The notes beneath the pieces are model-generated. The model did no database searches. It saw only the letters and a list, made by a program, of their open reading frames with translations, and was not told where the DNA came from. Of a stretch of 64,000 nucleotides of DNA, positions 49,942 to 64,000 are shown one piece after another (position 1 is the stretch's first letter; every line of letters starts with the position of its first letter). This DNA comes from Dendrobates tinctorius. Its lineage: Eukaryota. The DNA lies in the NCBI RefSeq assembly GCF_039654945.1, contig NW_027361773.1:11904001-11968000 (forward strand), given 5' to 3'. The position numbers and the translations under genes are program-made.

Positions 49942-50479
49942 ATTTATGTGTCTGCTATTTTCATTTGAGTCTGCTATGCTAAAAGGAAATAAACTTTAAA
50001 AAATATAAATTTTTTCAGTGCCAGAGTTTATTATCTTATTGATTTCATTTTTTTCTTCTGAGCACCAACTTAATAGCAGTGAGCACCCCTTATCCACATT
50101 TAATGTACTGTATATATATATATATATATATATACATATATATATACACAGTATACAGTATGTATACAGTATATGCATGTGGTGTCGTAAGTAAGATCAC
50201 CGGAGCTTATCAGCTGATGAACTCATGTGACCTCTCTCACGGCAGCTCAGTGATATAGACTGCAGGAGAGATTAACTTCCACATGTAGTCTGCACCCAAA
50301 AAACGCATAAAAAACAAAGCAGAAATGCCAAAATGTAGGCGTTTTCAATGCAGCTTTTCTTTACTGCCAAGAGAGTAGGTTTTGGTTGCAAAAAAAAGCC
50401 CTGCGTCTGAACATAGCTTAATAATGTCCCTTGACAGCTCTAAAACAAATTAGTCCAATTCTTTTGAGAATCACACAGT

Positions 50480-50870
50480 AATACTCTCCCTCTCGGAGCC
50501 TCCACATAGTAAATAGGTAACCTTTATGTTCCCACACTATGACAGTGCCCCCTCAGTGCACAAACATGGAAAAAAGTTTATTCTTCCCCAAATTAATAGT
50601 ACACTTCTGTGCCCATACACAATATAGTGCAACCTATGTGCCTCCACACAGTAATAATGCCCCCATTGTGCTTCCACATAATAAATGTATCCCCTCTGTA
50701 CCCCACACAATAGAAATGCCCGCCTTTGTGCCCACTCACAGTAATAGTGCCCTTATTATGCCTCTAAATAATAATAGGGTCGCCCCAGTATCTCCATACA
50801 GTAACAGTGCACCAGCTGTACCTCCACAAAGTAAAAGTTATCCAATTATTTCTCCACATTGGAATAATGT
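50480..50870. repeat. Diverged ~28-30 bp minisatellite
   Basis: cctccacacagtaataatgcccc-type units. Confidence 0.7.
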
Positions 50871-52036
50871 CATTATTTATTCAATAGTAATCTCTCTTTG
50901 TGTCCCCAAGTGCTCTGGCAATAAAGTCAAATAAACTTCTCCTTCCTTGCCATGTGGCCAACTGCTGGTAATGGCCAATTTCACATTTTTCAGAAATTAC
51001 AGATGGGCAGCCCAAAGCTGCCTGCTAATTATTCTTTCATAGGAAACAGCAACAATCATGGCTTTGGAGCTGTACAAAAATCTCTGCATTTACATTGATT
51101 TCTATAAAAATATTGCTTCACACCATGACTGATGCACTTTGACATCAGTTTGAATCCCATGGGTCATAGTTCATAGGTCATGATCAGGTTTTTTTTTTAA
51201 ATAAAAATACTGCGAGTGTGAACAGAGGCTAAAATAATTATCCTTGTGTAGGGAAGGTGACCTGACGGACGGACGGACTAGTCAGAGTGAAGAAAGATAG
51301 GTTTGCACAGTGTAGGTAGGAGACAGTGATTACAGTGGGGAAACAACTAGAAAAGTGTAGTGGACGTGCAGTACCTTGGGATGACCATTAGATGGCAGGG
51401 TGGAGTGTGAGCAAAGGACTTTACAGCAGCTTAGGGCTTTAGAAACCGTTGGTCATGGGGGGCGTGGTGACAGTTAGTGACAGTTTCAAGGAACCGGGGA
51501 AGTTATAAATTCTGAGGGAGGGTTCCAGAAGATTCCAGTCCCCAGGGGGAGCCCAGGTGACAGGAGGACTTCGCCAGTCTGTGTGCCCTGAGGAGAATCC
51601 GACCAAGGGGACTGAGGAGAGGGAAACGTCAGGGGGTGGTCCTGACAGAAAGATACCGCAGAAGAGACGAGGCAGTGAGTGCCACATACCGTATTTGACA
51701 CGACGACTGACCAGTGAAAGCGCTGTTGGTTATTGGGCCTAGGGCGGCCACAGTGGCGGACCTGGCAGGAGCGTCGAACAAGTGAAGGAGGGACAGTACG
51801 CATATGTACGTCCTTATTGTAAAAGTACGGTGTGTAAACGGCTCTGGAAACGGAGGGCCGATAAGTGAAGAAACGTGCGGTGTGCTGCGGAGGCCGTCAG
51901 GCGGACGGCAAGTAATGAAATAAACTTGGACCTGTTGCACCCAGAATCTGCCTCATCGTGTCTCTGTCATCATCTCTGCGCGGTACAAAAGTAGGACCAC
52001 CCCCCCAGCTCGGCACCCCACCACCGACCCTACATT

Positions 52037-52054
52037 TGGCGTAGTCGGCAGGAT
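52037..52054 (+). promoter_or_regulatory. Primer binding site, tRNA-Ser
   Basis: TGGCGTAGTCGGCAGGAT, complementary to the vertebrate tRNA-Ser 3' end ATCCTGCCGACTACGCCA. Confidence 0.85.
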
Positions 52055-52245
52055 CGCCGCCGCTAATATGCTATCTTCTGCGGCAGGCCTGCAACTGAAG
52101 GACTGAGGAAAACTTGGACTGCTCTATTTCGGATTATAAACACCTGTGGACTAAAAATTACTGACCTGTGGATTACAAATTGGGACGCTGTGTCGGATCT
52201 GTGTTGCTTGCAGAGGATCCAAGGCAGTAGCTGATTCTGCCCAAG

Positions 52246-53373
52246 ATGGCGGTATTACTTCAGCGCAGAGGAGAGGTCCGGGTGTTTGCAGTTGTTCAGA
52301 ATGGACTGGGACCCCCTCCAACGTACCCCAAAAGGAAGCAATATATGCCCGGAGACCGACGTTTCCATATATTGGACCCTGGCAGATGGATGGAAAGGTC
52401 TGCCAACGCCCCACCCAGCAGGAGGAGTGGCACAGAAGAAAAACTTGGCTGCGGCTGTCTGACGCCATTCGAGTGCTGCCCAACGGACGGTATGAGATGC
52501 TGCGGGTGTCGGGGCATCGGCCGCCTAGAGTGGCAATGGCGGCGAGAGATGGAGCTGCACCAGAAGTCATCTTCAGATTTACGGGCAGGCAGCGGGATGC
52601 TGAGCCGGGGAGCGGAGCCTGAGGGGAGTCAGCGAGAACGGCTGCCACCAATACCAGCAGAGGACTTCTCAGCGGAGCCCCCGAGTCTGGAGGGAAGGCC
52701 CGCAGGACAGTGGAGCAAGGAACGGAGGCTGCGGGGGAAACTGCGTGATGATGGAACGGAGGCGGCAGCGCCAGGGAAGGTGAGAGTACCCCCGGCCCTA
52801 CCAGTGCCTCCGCAAGCGGCCCCCACCATTCTGCTGCAGCACGCGGCCCCCTGCGCACCGGAAGGCCTAGTTACCACGGGCCCCGTGGTGTATGCAGAGC
52901 TGAGCGAGGTCCCCGCTCATGTCCCCGAACTACCCCGCCCGGAGTCACCAGTGCAGAGCTCACCCAAAGAAGATGCTGCTGCGCTTTCCCTGCTAATAGC
53001 AGCTGCATTGTTGAAATCGGCCGTTACTCCGACTCCGTTGGAAGTAGTGGATGCGGCCTGTCCTGAGGCCGCGGTTATGCCGCTGCTGGAGTCGGCTGCG
53101 ACCGATTTAGCGGGCCCTGTGATTCCAGCCCCCGAGGACCCGGTTCTCCCCATTTGCCACCTGACCCCAGCGGCTGCTGGGCCGCAGAAATCTTCGGCCG
53201 TTTCTGTCTTGCGGTCTTTTTCAGCGGAGTCCCGCCCACCGGACTCCAGGGCCTGTGCTGTTCCCTCCGTGTGGGAAGCGGAGGTGATCAGGAAGAAAAA
53301 GGCCCGGGAGCAGGAAGTGTGGAACCTGCTCCACACTCAAGGAGAGGCCGTCATGGAAAAGAAGAGGACTTGA
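52246..53373 (+). CDS. Hypothetical 375-aa LTR-element protein (Cys cluster, Pro/Ala/Glu-rich region, basic C-terminal helix)
   Basis: Uninterrupted ORF, strong Kozak context AAGATGG, lies in the gag position after the PBS; no family recognised. Confidence 0.6.
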   Translation: MAVLLQRRGEVRVFAVVQNGLGPPPTYPKRKQYMPGDRRFHILDPGRWMERSANAPPSRRSGTEEKLGCGCLTPFECCPTDGMRCCGCRGIGRLEWQWRREMELHQKSSSDLRAGSGMLSRGAEPEGSQRERLPPIPAEDFSAEPPSLEGRPAGQWSKERRLRGKLRDDGTEAAAPGKVRVPPALPVPPQAAPTILLQHAAPCAPEGLVTTGPVVYAELSEVPAHVPELPRPESPVQSSPKEDAAALSLLIAAALLKSAVTPTPLEVVDAACPEAAVMPLLESAATDLAGPVIPAPEDPVLPICHLTPAAAGPQKSSAVSVLRSFSAESRPPDSRACAVPSVWEAEVIRKKKAREQEVWNLLHTQGEAVMEKKRT

Positions 53374-55595
53374 ATGGACACCCTCAGTATCCCCGTGGAG
53401 CCCTCACCTCTGTCCATTGAGAGTGGTATAGACTGTCAGGAGTTCGATGCACCGTTGTGCAGATTATAAGGAAAGTTGCATTTAGAAAAAAGTTTTGTTG
53501 TTGTTTAACTGATGCAACTATTTTCTCTCTCTCTTTCTTTCTTCTTTCTATGTTCTTTATATACGAAAATATGTTTACCTGACAGAACGGGGATACGGAA
53601 AAGTGGAGGAGTGTCCAGGTCCAAGGAAGGGGGGAGGAGGAAAGAAGACATGCAATGTTATGTTGTTATATGTTGGTTTTAAAATGAGCAAAAGAAAACG
53701 GAAAAAAAAAAAAAAAAATTATAAAAAAAAAAATGGGTACTTGTGCTATTATAAAGTTGTATGATGTATAATATGCAAAGTAAAATGCAACAGGTCCGGG
53801 TAAGGGAAGGTCTGCGGGACCAAAGGAAAGTGTGAGATCCGGTAGGGATCTAAGAGTTGAGGTCTGGGAGACCGGGACGCCGACCATGACATGTAATTGA
53901 AAGAAGGAAAATGAATGGGAAGATGTGAGAAAGACAGCCGTCCTAGGTCAGGTCCCCGACACCACGGACACCCCTGAAGAAGGAAAGGCGGGCGCCGGCA
54001 ATGATCTGGTAGGTGAGTGGCCTCGATCATGGCGTACCGGATAGTGAAAGGTAACAGTAGGGGAGAGTAGGGGAAAGATACACGCCGTAGAGAGAATACG
54101 GGTGTACCTTGCCCAATTTGAAAGACGTTGTCATGTGGCGTGCGCGCTGGTGAGTAGCAGTAGGCTGCTCAGAGCATAGTGCTCCCAGTATGGTTCGGCC
54201 CCCGCAGATAGTGGGTTTGGCTCAACTTCTGGTCCGACAACAGAATGTAGGTGTAGATTCAGAACGACGAAGGCAGGGATGACGATTGTCGAGGACGACA
54301 ATGGACAAAGGAAGGGGGAGTGTAGGGAAGGTGACCTGACGGACGGACGGACTAGTCAGAGTGAAGAAAGATAGGTTTGCACAGTGTAGGTAGGAGACAG
54401 TGATTACAGTGGGGAAACAACTAGAAAAGTGTAGTGGACGTGCAGTACCTTGGGATGACCATTAGATGGCAGGGTGGAGTGTGAGCAAAGGACTTTACAG
54501 CAGCTTAGGGCTTTAGAAACCGTTGGTCATGGGGGGCGTGGTGACAGTTAGTGACAGTTTCAAGGAACCGGGGAAGTTATAAATTCTGAGGGAGGGTTCC
54601 AGAAGATTCCAGTCCCCAGGGGGAGCCCAGGTGACAGGAGGACTTCGCCAGTCTGTGTGCCCTGAGGAGAATCCGACCAAGGGGACTGAGGAGAGGGAAA
54701 CGTCAGGGGGTGGTCCTGACAGAAAGATACCGCAGAAGAGACGAGGCAGTGAGTGCCACATACCGTATTTGACACGACGACTGACCAGTGAAAGCGCTGT
54801 TGGTTATTGGGCCTAGGGCGGCCACAGTGGCGGACCTGGCAGGAGCGTCGAACAAGTGAAGGAGGGACAGTACGCATATGTACGTCCTTATTGTAAAAGT
54901 ACGGTGTGTAAACGGCTCTGGAAACGGAGGGCCGATAAGTGAAGAAACGTGCGGTGTGCTGCGGAGGCCGTCAGGCGGACGGCAAGTAATGAAATAAACT
55001 TGGACCTGTTGCACCCAGAATCTGCCTCATCGTGTCTCTGTCATCATCTCTGCGCGGTACAAAAGTAGGACCACCCCCCCCCAGCTCGGCACCCCACCAC
55101 CGACCCTACACTTGTATAAGGAAATATTATATCTTCTGTAGAGTTTAATCATGAATATAGGAAAAGTGTAAAGCTGGCATCCATATCGTTTTTCATAGAA
55201 ACAAATGTTTTACTAATAAGCTGGCCATATGGCAGCTGCCTTGTGTCATATCAGCTTCCAGCGAAGAATTCAGGTATTATTATCAGCAAACATGATATAC
55301 TCTGAAATTACATTTATAAAATTAATTTCCTAGTTTTTCTTTCAGACCATCACATTTATCTTCAATTATCATAGATCAGATTTCAGTATTCAATATTTTT
55401 ATTGTATTACTTTTATATACAGTATAATATATAGCTCTGGCAAAAATTAAGAGACCACTGCAAAATTTTTAGTTTGATTTTTCTCTTTATAGGTATATTT
55501 TTGAGTAAAATGTAAATTGCTCTTTTATTCTATAAACTAGCGTTGCCCAGGTGTAGTAACTAACTACGGTTAGTTATAACAAATTATAATGATTA

Positions 55596-57279
<1,684 letters not shown>

Positions 57280-57280
<1 letters not shown>

Positions 57281-58402
57281 CAATGGCCCCAGCAGAGATA
57301 TTAGAGAGTATGTTAAGGCAGGGGTTCTAGTGCAAAGATCTTCCCCCTGCGACACCACTTTGTATCCCATTAGGAAAAAAGGACTCAAGGGTTTGCTGAC
57401 ACTTACAGAAAGGTTCATGACTTAAGGGCTATTAATGATGATACAGTGAGTGTGACCTCAATCGTACCTAACACACACACAATACTGTCACAGATCCCAG
57501 TAATGTTAAAATGTTTCACAGTCAGTGATTTAGCAGGTGCATTTTTCTCTGTACCCCTGCACCCTGACTGTCAGTATCTTTTTCCTTTACTCATAAAGGT
57601 GAACAATATTGTTGGACAGTCCTCCCACAAAGGGGGAAAGAAATCCCCTGCCATCTATTCAGCAGCAATGGCAGGGATCCTTGAGTAGTGGCAACCACCT
57701 CATCCACAGATTGTACTATTACAGTACGTGGATGACCTTTTGCTGTTCTGCCTGGACCAGAGATCCTGCAGGGAAGCTACATTTTCCTTGCTATGTTTTT
57801 TTTTATCAGAAAAGGGTTGCAAGGTCTCATGTGAAAAATTACAGTATTGCAAACAAAAGGTGACATTTTTGGGACATTGTATTGCCGAAGGTACCAGACA
57901 CCTGACAGGAAACAGGCAATTCAAAATCTCCCTCTACCCAGGTCACATCAGCATCTATGCTCTTTCCTAGGTTTAGTGACCTACAGTAGGCCTTAGATAA
58001 GGTCTGCTTCACAAATGTTGCAACCACTTTATGACTTCTTGTCATCAGACCCGGGACCTCACACAAAATGCAATTGATTCCTTCCATTCTCTCAAACTGC
58101 TCATTGTGTCTGCACCGGCCTTAGGCATTCCAAATTATGACCAGCCATTTTTCTTGTTTTGCACAGAGCAGGGAGGACATGCTACCGCAGTACTGACACA
58201 ACAACATGGAGGGAAACAGAGACCAATAGCATACTACTCAGCACAATTAGACCCAGTGATCAGAGGGTCACCTACGTGTGTCAGTGCGGTAGGAGCAGCT
58301 GCACTACTACTAGGAAAGGCATGTGCGATCACACTGACGTTTCCTTTGACAATCTATTCCCCACATGACATACATGCCATACTCGTACAAGTTCAACCAA
58401 AA
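57280..58402 (+). pseudogene. ERV (class I, gamma/epsilon-like) pol fragment: RT + connection domain
   Basis: HDLRAIN, DLAGAFFSVPLHPDCQYLF, QYVDDLLL, LGIPNYDQPFFLF, QRPIAYYSAQLDPVIRG; frameshifted, no LTRs. Confidence 0.88.
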
Positions 58403-59336
58403 CCCCTAATATCCCACATCATCCTGTCAGAGCCACGGGACTACTACCCCTAATATCCCACATCGTCCCATCAGCCAGAGCCACCAGACAACTACCACTA
58501 ATATCCCACATCATCCAGTCAGAACCATCGGACTAGTACCACTAATATCTCACATCATCCCGTCAGAGCCACTGGACTACTACCCCTAATATCCCACATC
58601 ATCCCATCAGAGCCACCGGACTACTACCCCATCATCCCATCAGCCTGGGGTCAGAACCAGAGCACTGAGTGGAACGGTCCTAACTTCCATACCGGGGATC
58701 CCTTTAAGAGAGGCCTGGGATCAGAACCAGAGCGCAGAGTAAATATGCCCTGTCTTCCATACCAATGATACCTTTAATAGAAGCCTGGGGTCAGAATAAG
58801 AGCGCTGAGAGATTTGCTCTACCTTCCATACCAGAGATCCCTTTAAGAGAGGCCTGGGGTTATTACCAAAGCGCAGAGTGGATTTGCCCTCACTTCCATG
58901 CTGGGGATCACTTTAAGAGGGGCCTGGGATCATAACGAGAGCGCAGAGTGGATTTGCCCTTACTTCCATACTGGGATCCCTATAAGAGGGGCCTGAGGTC
59001 AGAACCAGAGCACTGAGTGGAATTGCCCTAACTTCCATACCAATGATCCCTTTAAGAGAGCCTGGGGTCAGAACCAGAGTGCTGAGTGGAACAGTCCTAG
59101 CTTCCATACCGGGGATCCCTTTAAGATAGGTCTGGGGTCAGAACCAGAGTGCTGAGTGGATTTGCCCTGACTTCTATACCGGGGATCCCTTTAAGAGAAG
59201 CCTGGGGTCAGAACCAGAACCCAGAGTGGATTTGCCCTCACTTCCATACCAGGGATTCCTTTAAGAGAGGCCTGGGGTCAGAATCAGAGCACTGAGGAAT
59301 TTACCCTCACTTTCATACCGGAGATCCCTTTAAGAG
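58403..59336. repeat. Two adjacent minisatellites (~42-bp unit at 58403-58640; ~70-bp unit at 58640-59336)
   Basis: ccctaatatcccacatcatcccgtcagagccaccggactacta and gcctggggtcagaaccagagc..ccttccataccggggatccctttaagag. Confidence 0.9.
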
Positions 59337-61960
59337 GGAAGATGTGCCTATGGGACTATTGCATGGATGATGTGTGTAATGTGTGATGGCTATATGGGCA
59401 CGGGAGGGGGGATTCATTTCTGTCAAGTGCTCTCTGGTCCTTTCTGGGGGGCAGACAATGGCTAGGAGCTTATGTTCCCGGGGATGCTAGATTTCTCCCA
59501 CCCGGTCAGTGTCTGCTGAGGTGTTGTGTAGTGGGAAACAGCTTTTAAACAGCTTTGGTGAAATGAAAGATGCATAGTGATTTGGTGGATCCATGTGGAG
59601 TGGGCATGGCCGATACACACATACATTCATTTTTATATATACAGTATAGACTACTGACAACATGTATGCGAATTTTGAAGCACTAAATTTTGTATTTATT
59701 TTCAGAAAATGAGAAATGATCAAAATAACCAAAAAATGCAGTGCTTGCAGACCTCAAATCATGCTAAGAAAACATGTTCATATTCATTTAGAAACAACAA
59801 TACTAATATTTTAACTCAGGAAGAGTTCAGAAATCAATATTTTGTGGAATAACCATGATTGTTAATCACAGCTTTCATGCATCTTGGCATGCTTTCCACC
59901 AGTCTTTCACACTCCTTTTGGGTGACCTTATGCCACTCCTGGTACAAAAATTTAATCAGTTCTTTGTTTGATAACTTGTGACTATCCATCTTCCTCTTGA
60001 TTACATTCCAGAGGTTTTCAGTGGGGTTCAGGTCTGGAGATTGGGCTGGCCATGACAGGAATTTGATGTGATGATCCTTCATCCACACATTGATTGACCT
60101 AGCTGTGTGGCATGGCGCATTGCCCTACTGGAAAAACTAGTCCTCATTGCCTGAGCAAAAAGAATCAACTGTTTTCCCAGGATAGCCTTGCATGTGGCTT
60201 AATTCATACGTTACCGCAAAGATTAACCTGTGCAATTCCAGCCTTTTTGAAGCATCCCCAGATTATCACTGATCCTCCACCAAATTTCACAGTGGGTGCA
60301 AGACATTGTGGCTTGTATGCCTCTCCAAGTCTCTGTCTAACCATTAGTCGACCAGGTGTTGGACAAAGCTGAAAATTAGACTCATCAGAGAAGATTACCA
60401 TACTCCAGTCCTCTGTAGTCCAATCCTTATGGCCTTTGGCAAACTTCAGCCTGGCTCTTCTTTGCTTCTCATTGATGAAAGGCTTTTTTCTTCCTTTACA
60501 TGACTTGAGCCCTGCCTCTAGGAGCCTGATCTTGTTGTGCACTTCACCCCAGCTGTCATTTGCCATTCCTTTTGTAGGTCACTTGATGTCATCCTGCAGT
60601 TGCTGAGTGACTTTCGAATAAGATGACGGTCATCCCAGTCAGAGGAGAGTCGTTTTCGCCCTCTGCCGGTCTGTAGCTTTGTTGTCCCCAATATCTGCTG
60701 CTTGACCTTGTTGTAATGGACTCCTGTCTTAGAAATTTTAAGGATGGAAGCAACATGATGCTCACTGTATCCCTCTGCTAGTAAAGCCAGAATTAAGCCC
60801 TTCTTTTCCTCACTCAAGACTTTTCAACGCCTTTGGCATGGTTAAAAGTTATTTTTTCATTCCTATTAAAGTACTTTTGGGATATTACAAGCACTTGTTT
60901 TGCCATCCAGCTTGTCCTATTGCAAGAGGATTGTGAACACCGCAGCAGGGTTTGTTATACTTTCCTTCGCTAAATAAGATTTGGTTCAGGTGATCACCCA
61001 ATCAGAAGCACATTAAGAAGAAAGAGGTTTACTCTGGTTGGAATTCAACTGACACTGAAATGGAATGGCTGGAATTAACTTCTTGTGTTTGTGTCTATCC
61101 ATTTATTTGTTTCTTCTATTCTCTAATTTTACTAATTTACTCATATTCGTCCTGTTTTGATATATGGTCCTGTTCCATCTACCTCCAGATGTCTGGGATC
61201 CACTGATCTGTGTGGGGTTAAAGCTGGAATATGATGAAGATCCTCCCTAATTATATGGAATCTTTTATGGGTATATCTAATTTACTCTGTGTATAGGAAC
61301 AGCTTATAATTATGGAGTCTTTTATAGGAACACCTAATCAATTCTGTATATAGGAATATCTAATTGTTTTTGTTTTTGAATATTCTTTTTGGTTGATAAA
61401 TCTTTATGTATACATTTGATTGACATTGACTTATTATATTGAGATTTTATCTTCCTATGGTGTTCTATGTGTGTATGGTGTGGGGATTTTGCGGGGCATA
61501 GTGATTTATAATACTAATTTGCACACCGGCAGTGTCCCCGCGCCCTACACACATTTGCATCTTATATTTGATACATATCCATTTGATCCCACTATTGGTG
61601 TATTTCATGTCTTATTTAGTCTCTCTAGTACATATTGAAACGACCATAATATACAAGTGTCTTCTGCGCAAGCGCAATAGATCAGTGAGAATGTGTCTGT
61701 TCATTACTAGGCTTCAGTAAAATGGTGATGCGCATGAGCACTGCACCTGAGCTCCCTGCATTTTGTTCAAGGCCTCTGTCAACTGACGGCGGGTGGATGT
61801 AATGTCACGGAGGATTTCCTCCTGGCTTGCCGGAGCTGAGTGCCGGAAACTGATGCACCTGGGACCCGGGGGTGGCGGTGCCATGCGCGACTTGTGATTT
61901 CCCTAGAACTGACTTAGATGGGCTATATAAATGGAACAAGGTAGGAAATGACACACACCT

Positions 61961-61997
61961 CCCCTTGAGAAAGCCGTATGCGAAACACACGTCGGGG
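61961..61997 (+). ncRNA. Candidate minimal hammerhead (U3-A8 variant) in a probable PLE pseudo-LTR remnant (about 61070-62170)
   Basis: CCCC TTGAGAA A GC-CGTAT-GC GAAAC ACAC GTC GGGG. Confidence 0.5.
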
Positions 61998-62352
61998 CGT
62001 TTGTGGCATTGTGGACGGGGGTATACCTATGGGTATGTTTTGAATTTTATATACTATATCTGGCTTGTCTATGTGTTTGCACTATTAAACGTGTCCCCTA
62101 GGATAAAGCAGGATTGTAACAATCAGAAGAAAATTATAATAGAAACACATGCACCACTTGTATATTTTTAACCCACTAATGATTTTGGCATACAAATACT
62201 GATGTAAAATACTAAGCAAATACTGAATGTGTGAACATGGCCTTAGACTGATCATATGTCAATACTGGTGTTTGTTGAGTTTAGTATCATAATTTTTACA
62301 AACTGGATACCTACTAAAAGCACCACCCTAACTAATGACAAAGGAAACATAC

Positions 62353-63037
62353 CCGTATATACTCGAGTATAAGCTGACCCGAGTTTAAGCCGAGGTACCT
62401 AATTTTTCCACGGAAAACTGGGTAAGCTTATTGACTCGAGTATAAGCGGGGTATGCATTGTCCCCTCATCCCTGTCCTGGAATGTGTGGCTTCCCCCGTC
62501 GCTGTCCTGCTATGCGTGGATCCCCCCATGCTGTCGTTGTATGTATGGCTCACCCGGTCCTGTAGTTGTATGCATGGCTCCCCCGGTCTGTTGATGTATG
62601 CATGGCTCCTGCCCCCGATCCCATCGTTGTATGCATGGCTCAACCCCTCCTTTCCTGGTATGCATGTTTCAAAAAAAACCTAAAACATCCTACTCACCCT
62701 CCTTCAGCGTGCCATCGCAGGCGCAGTACCTCGTTCCGGCTTCCAGCAGCGCTTCCTGTGCTGAGCGATCATGTGTCACTGCTCATTAAGGTATTGAATA
62801 TGCGCTCTATGCCTGTGGCAGTGGAGAGCAGTGCATATTCATTACCTTAATGAGCGGAATGAATATTTATTTCACTTTAGCAGTGGCACAGATACAACCG
62901 TAGCCGCCGGCTCCTGCCGCTTCTCCGCTGCTCCCCCACCGGCTTTCTGGACAATGACTGTATGTATAAGCAGAGGGGGGCGTTTTCAACACAAAAAAAT
63001 GTGCTGAAAATCTTGGCTTATACAAGAGTATATACGG
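62353..63037. mobile_element. Tc2-like MITE, same family as 36901-37835
   Basis: CCGTATATACTCGAGTATAAG ... GAGTATATACGG-TA; same minisatellite. Confidence 0.85.
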
Positions 63038-64000
63038 TAGTTACCTGACTACAAGTCAATGGGACTCCGGTTTAAGGGTTTTATATCCATATTGTGTTAT
63101 TGTTGAAGCTTAGTTTATAATGCCATTAATGTAAAATCTGTGATCCAAGGAGTCTAATAAAAGTACAGTGTCTCCTGTAGCTTTAATTATCCTCATAACT
63201 TTTAGAGATCTTTGGCTCTGATTAGCAGAAGAAACGTGTATCGTATAGCTTTACTTAGTGAAGTAAAAGAGTTCTCACATTTGTAAATGATTAACATATA
63301 TAATTCTCTTTATAAAAGATAATCTGAGAGCTAGAACCCACACACAGCTTCTTGCACGTACTAAACTACACGTGAACAAATTCACACATCATATCTATGT
63401 GAAAATTGTACTTTGAACCTTTCATTTTTGCTGGTTGCACGCCAAATTGTAATAATTTACTTAATGAACACTTTCACCTACTTCACTGAAGTGTAGCTAG
63501 TTTTCCCTGGTGCATGATTAATACTAATGTTTGATTAGTTAAATTGAGAACTAGTAGCTCAAAGTTAGCACAAAGTGTTTGAGGGTATCAAAACTGGTGC
63601 CCTTGCACCCTAGCCCACATGTCTGACCATCCTTCTAGGCTGCTTTTCCATACTGCAACTTCATTAGTGCCAGGCAAGGAGCTGCAATATAACGTTGCAA
63701 AATGATTCTACTGCCCAATACACTATCTGCTCCTTAGCGTTACAGGAGCAATAAGTCTTAAAATTATGGTTGACTATGCCTGTCACAAAAGAGGACGTCT
63801 TCATCTCAACTGCTCAGTATTATAGTGCCATAGAGCTTGTTTAAGTTGGGTTGTCTGCTTCCTGACTCTGGTTTAACTACTGGAACTAAACTCCGTGATC
63901 CACATTTCTTAATTATTAAGAGGGTAGTTGAGGAGAATATCTTTTGATATATTATAAAGCACCTGCCTCTGATTTGGGGTTTTCCACTTTAAGAAAGGTG

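Larger units (their letters stand above)
45933..49995 (+). mobile_element. 5'-truncated Penelope-like element with inverted pseudo-LTR, interrupted by an L2
   Basis: 45933-46307 is the reverse complement of about 49127-49501; KFRNRGYP thumb remnant near 46390; GIY-YIG FTCKSTYVVYLIKYPCVLGYVGETTQHIRDRI at 48328-48564. Confidence 0.85.
51247..55110 (+). mobile_element. Young non-autonomous LTR retroelement with an orphan ORF
   Basis: LTRs 51247-52034 and 54321-55110 (TGTAGGG..CCCTACA), apparently identical except a C-run; TSD CTTG; PBS; PPT AAAGGAAGGGGGAG; no gag/pol motifs. Confidence 0.95.

Noticed and set aside
51439-51940. ORFs duplicated exactly at 54513-55014
   Set aside because: They reflect LTR identity; no coding signature
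52246-52420. Cold-shock/OB-fold resemblance of the orphan ORF N-terminus
   Set aside because: Only a vague RRGEVRVF similarity, no RNP motifs; needs a profile search

Overview
Repeat-saturated vertebrate DNA, probably an intron or intergenic region of an anuran (frog) genome (inferred from the transposon repertoire). I found no host exon, tRNA, rRNA or CRISPR array. The window is a mosaic of often nested mobile elements: Penelope-like elements (with candidate minimal hammerhead ribozymes), L1/L2/CR1 LINE remnants, a 5'-deleted chromodomain Gypsy element, solo LTRs, two apparently intact Tc1 transposases (DD36E and DD34E), Tc2-, Harbinger-, hAT- and TTAA-type MITEs, satellite-carrying DNA transposons, and a Helitron containing an ERV pol fragment. 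The most unusual feature is a non-autonomous LTR retroelement (2236-5234, minus strand, ATAT TSD, PPT) with no recognisable gag or pol. It carries a decayed ORF made of a coiled coil plus Fragile-X-related (FXR1/FMR1) KH0, KH2 and the post-KH2 helix, with KH1 removed in frame. A second, very young non-autonomous LTR element (51247-55110, near-identical LTRs, tRNA-Ser PBS) carries an intact 375-aa orphan ORF. All homologies were judged by eye against remembered sequences and need database confirmation.
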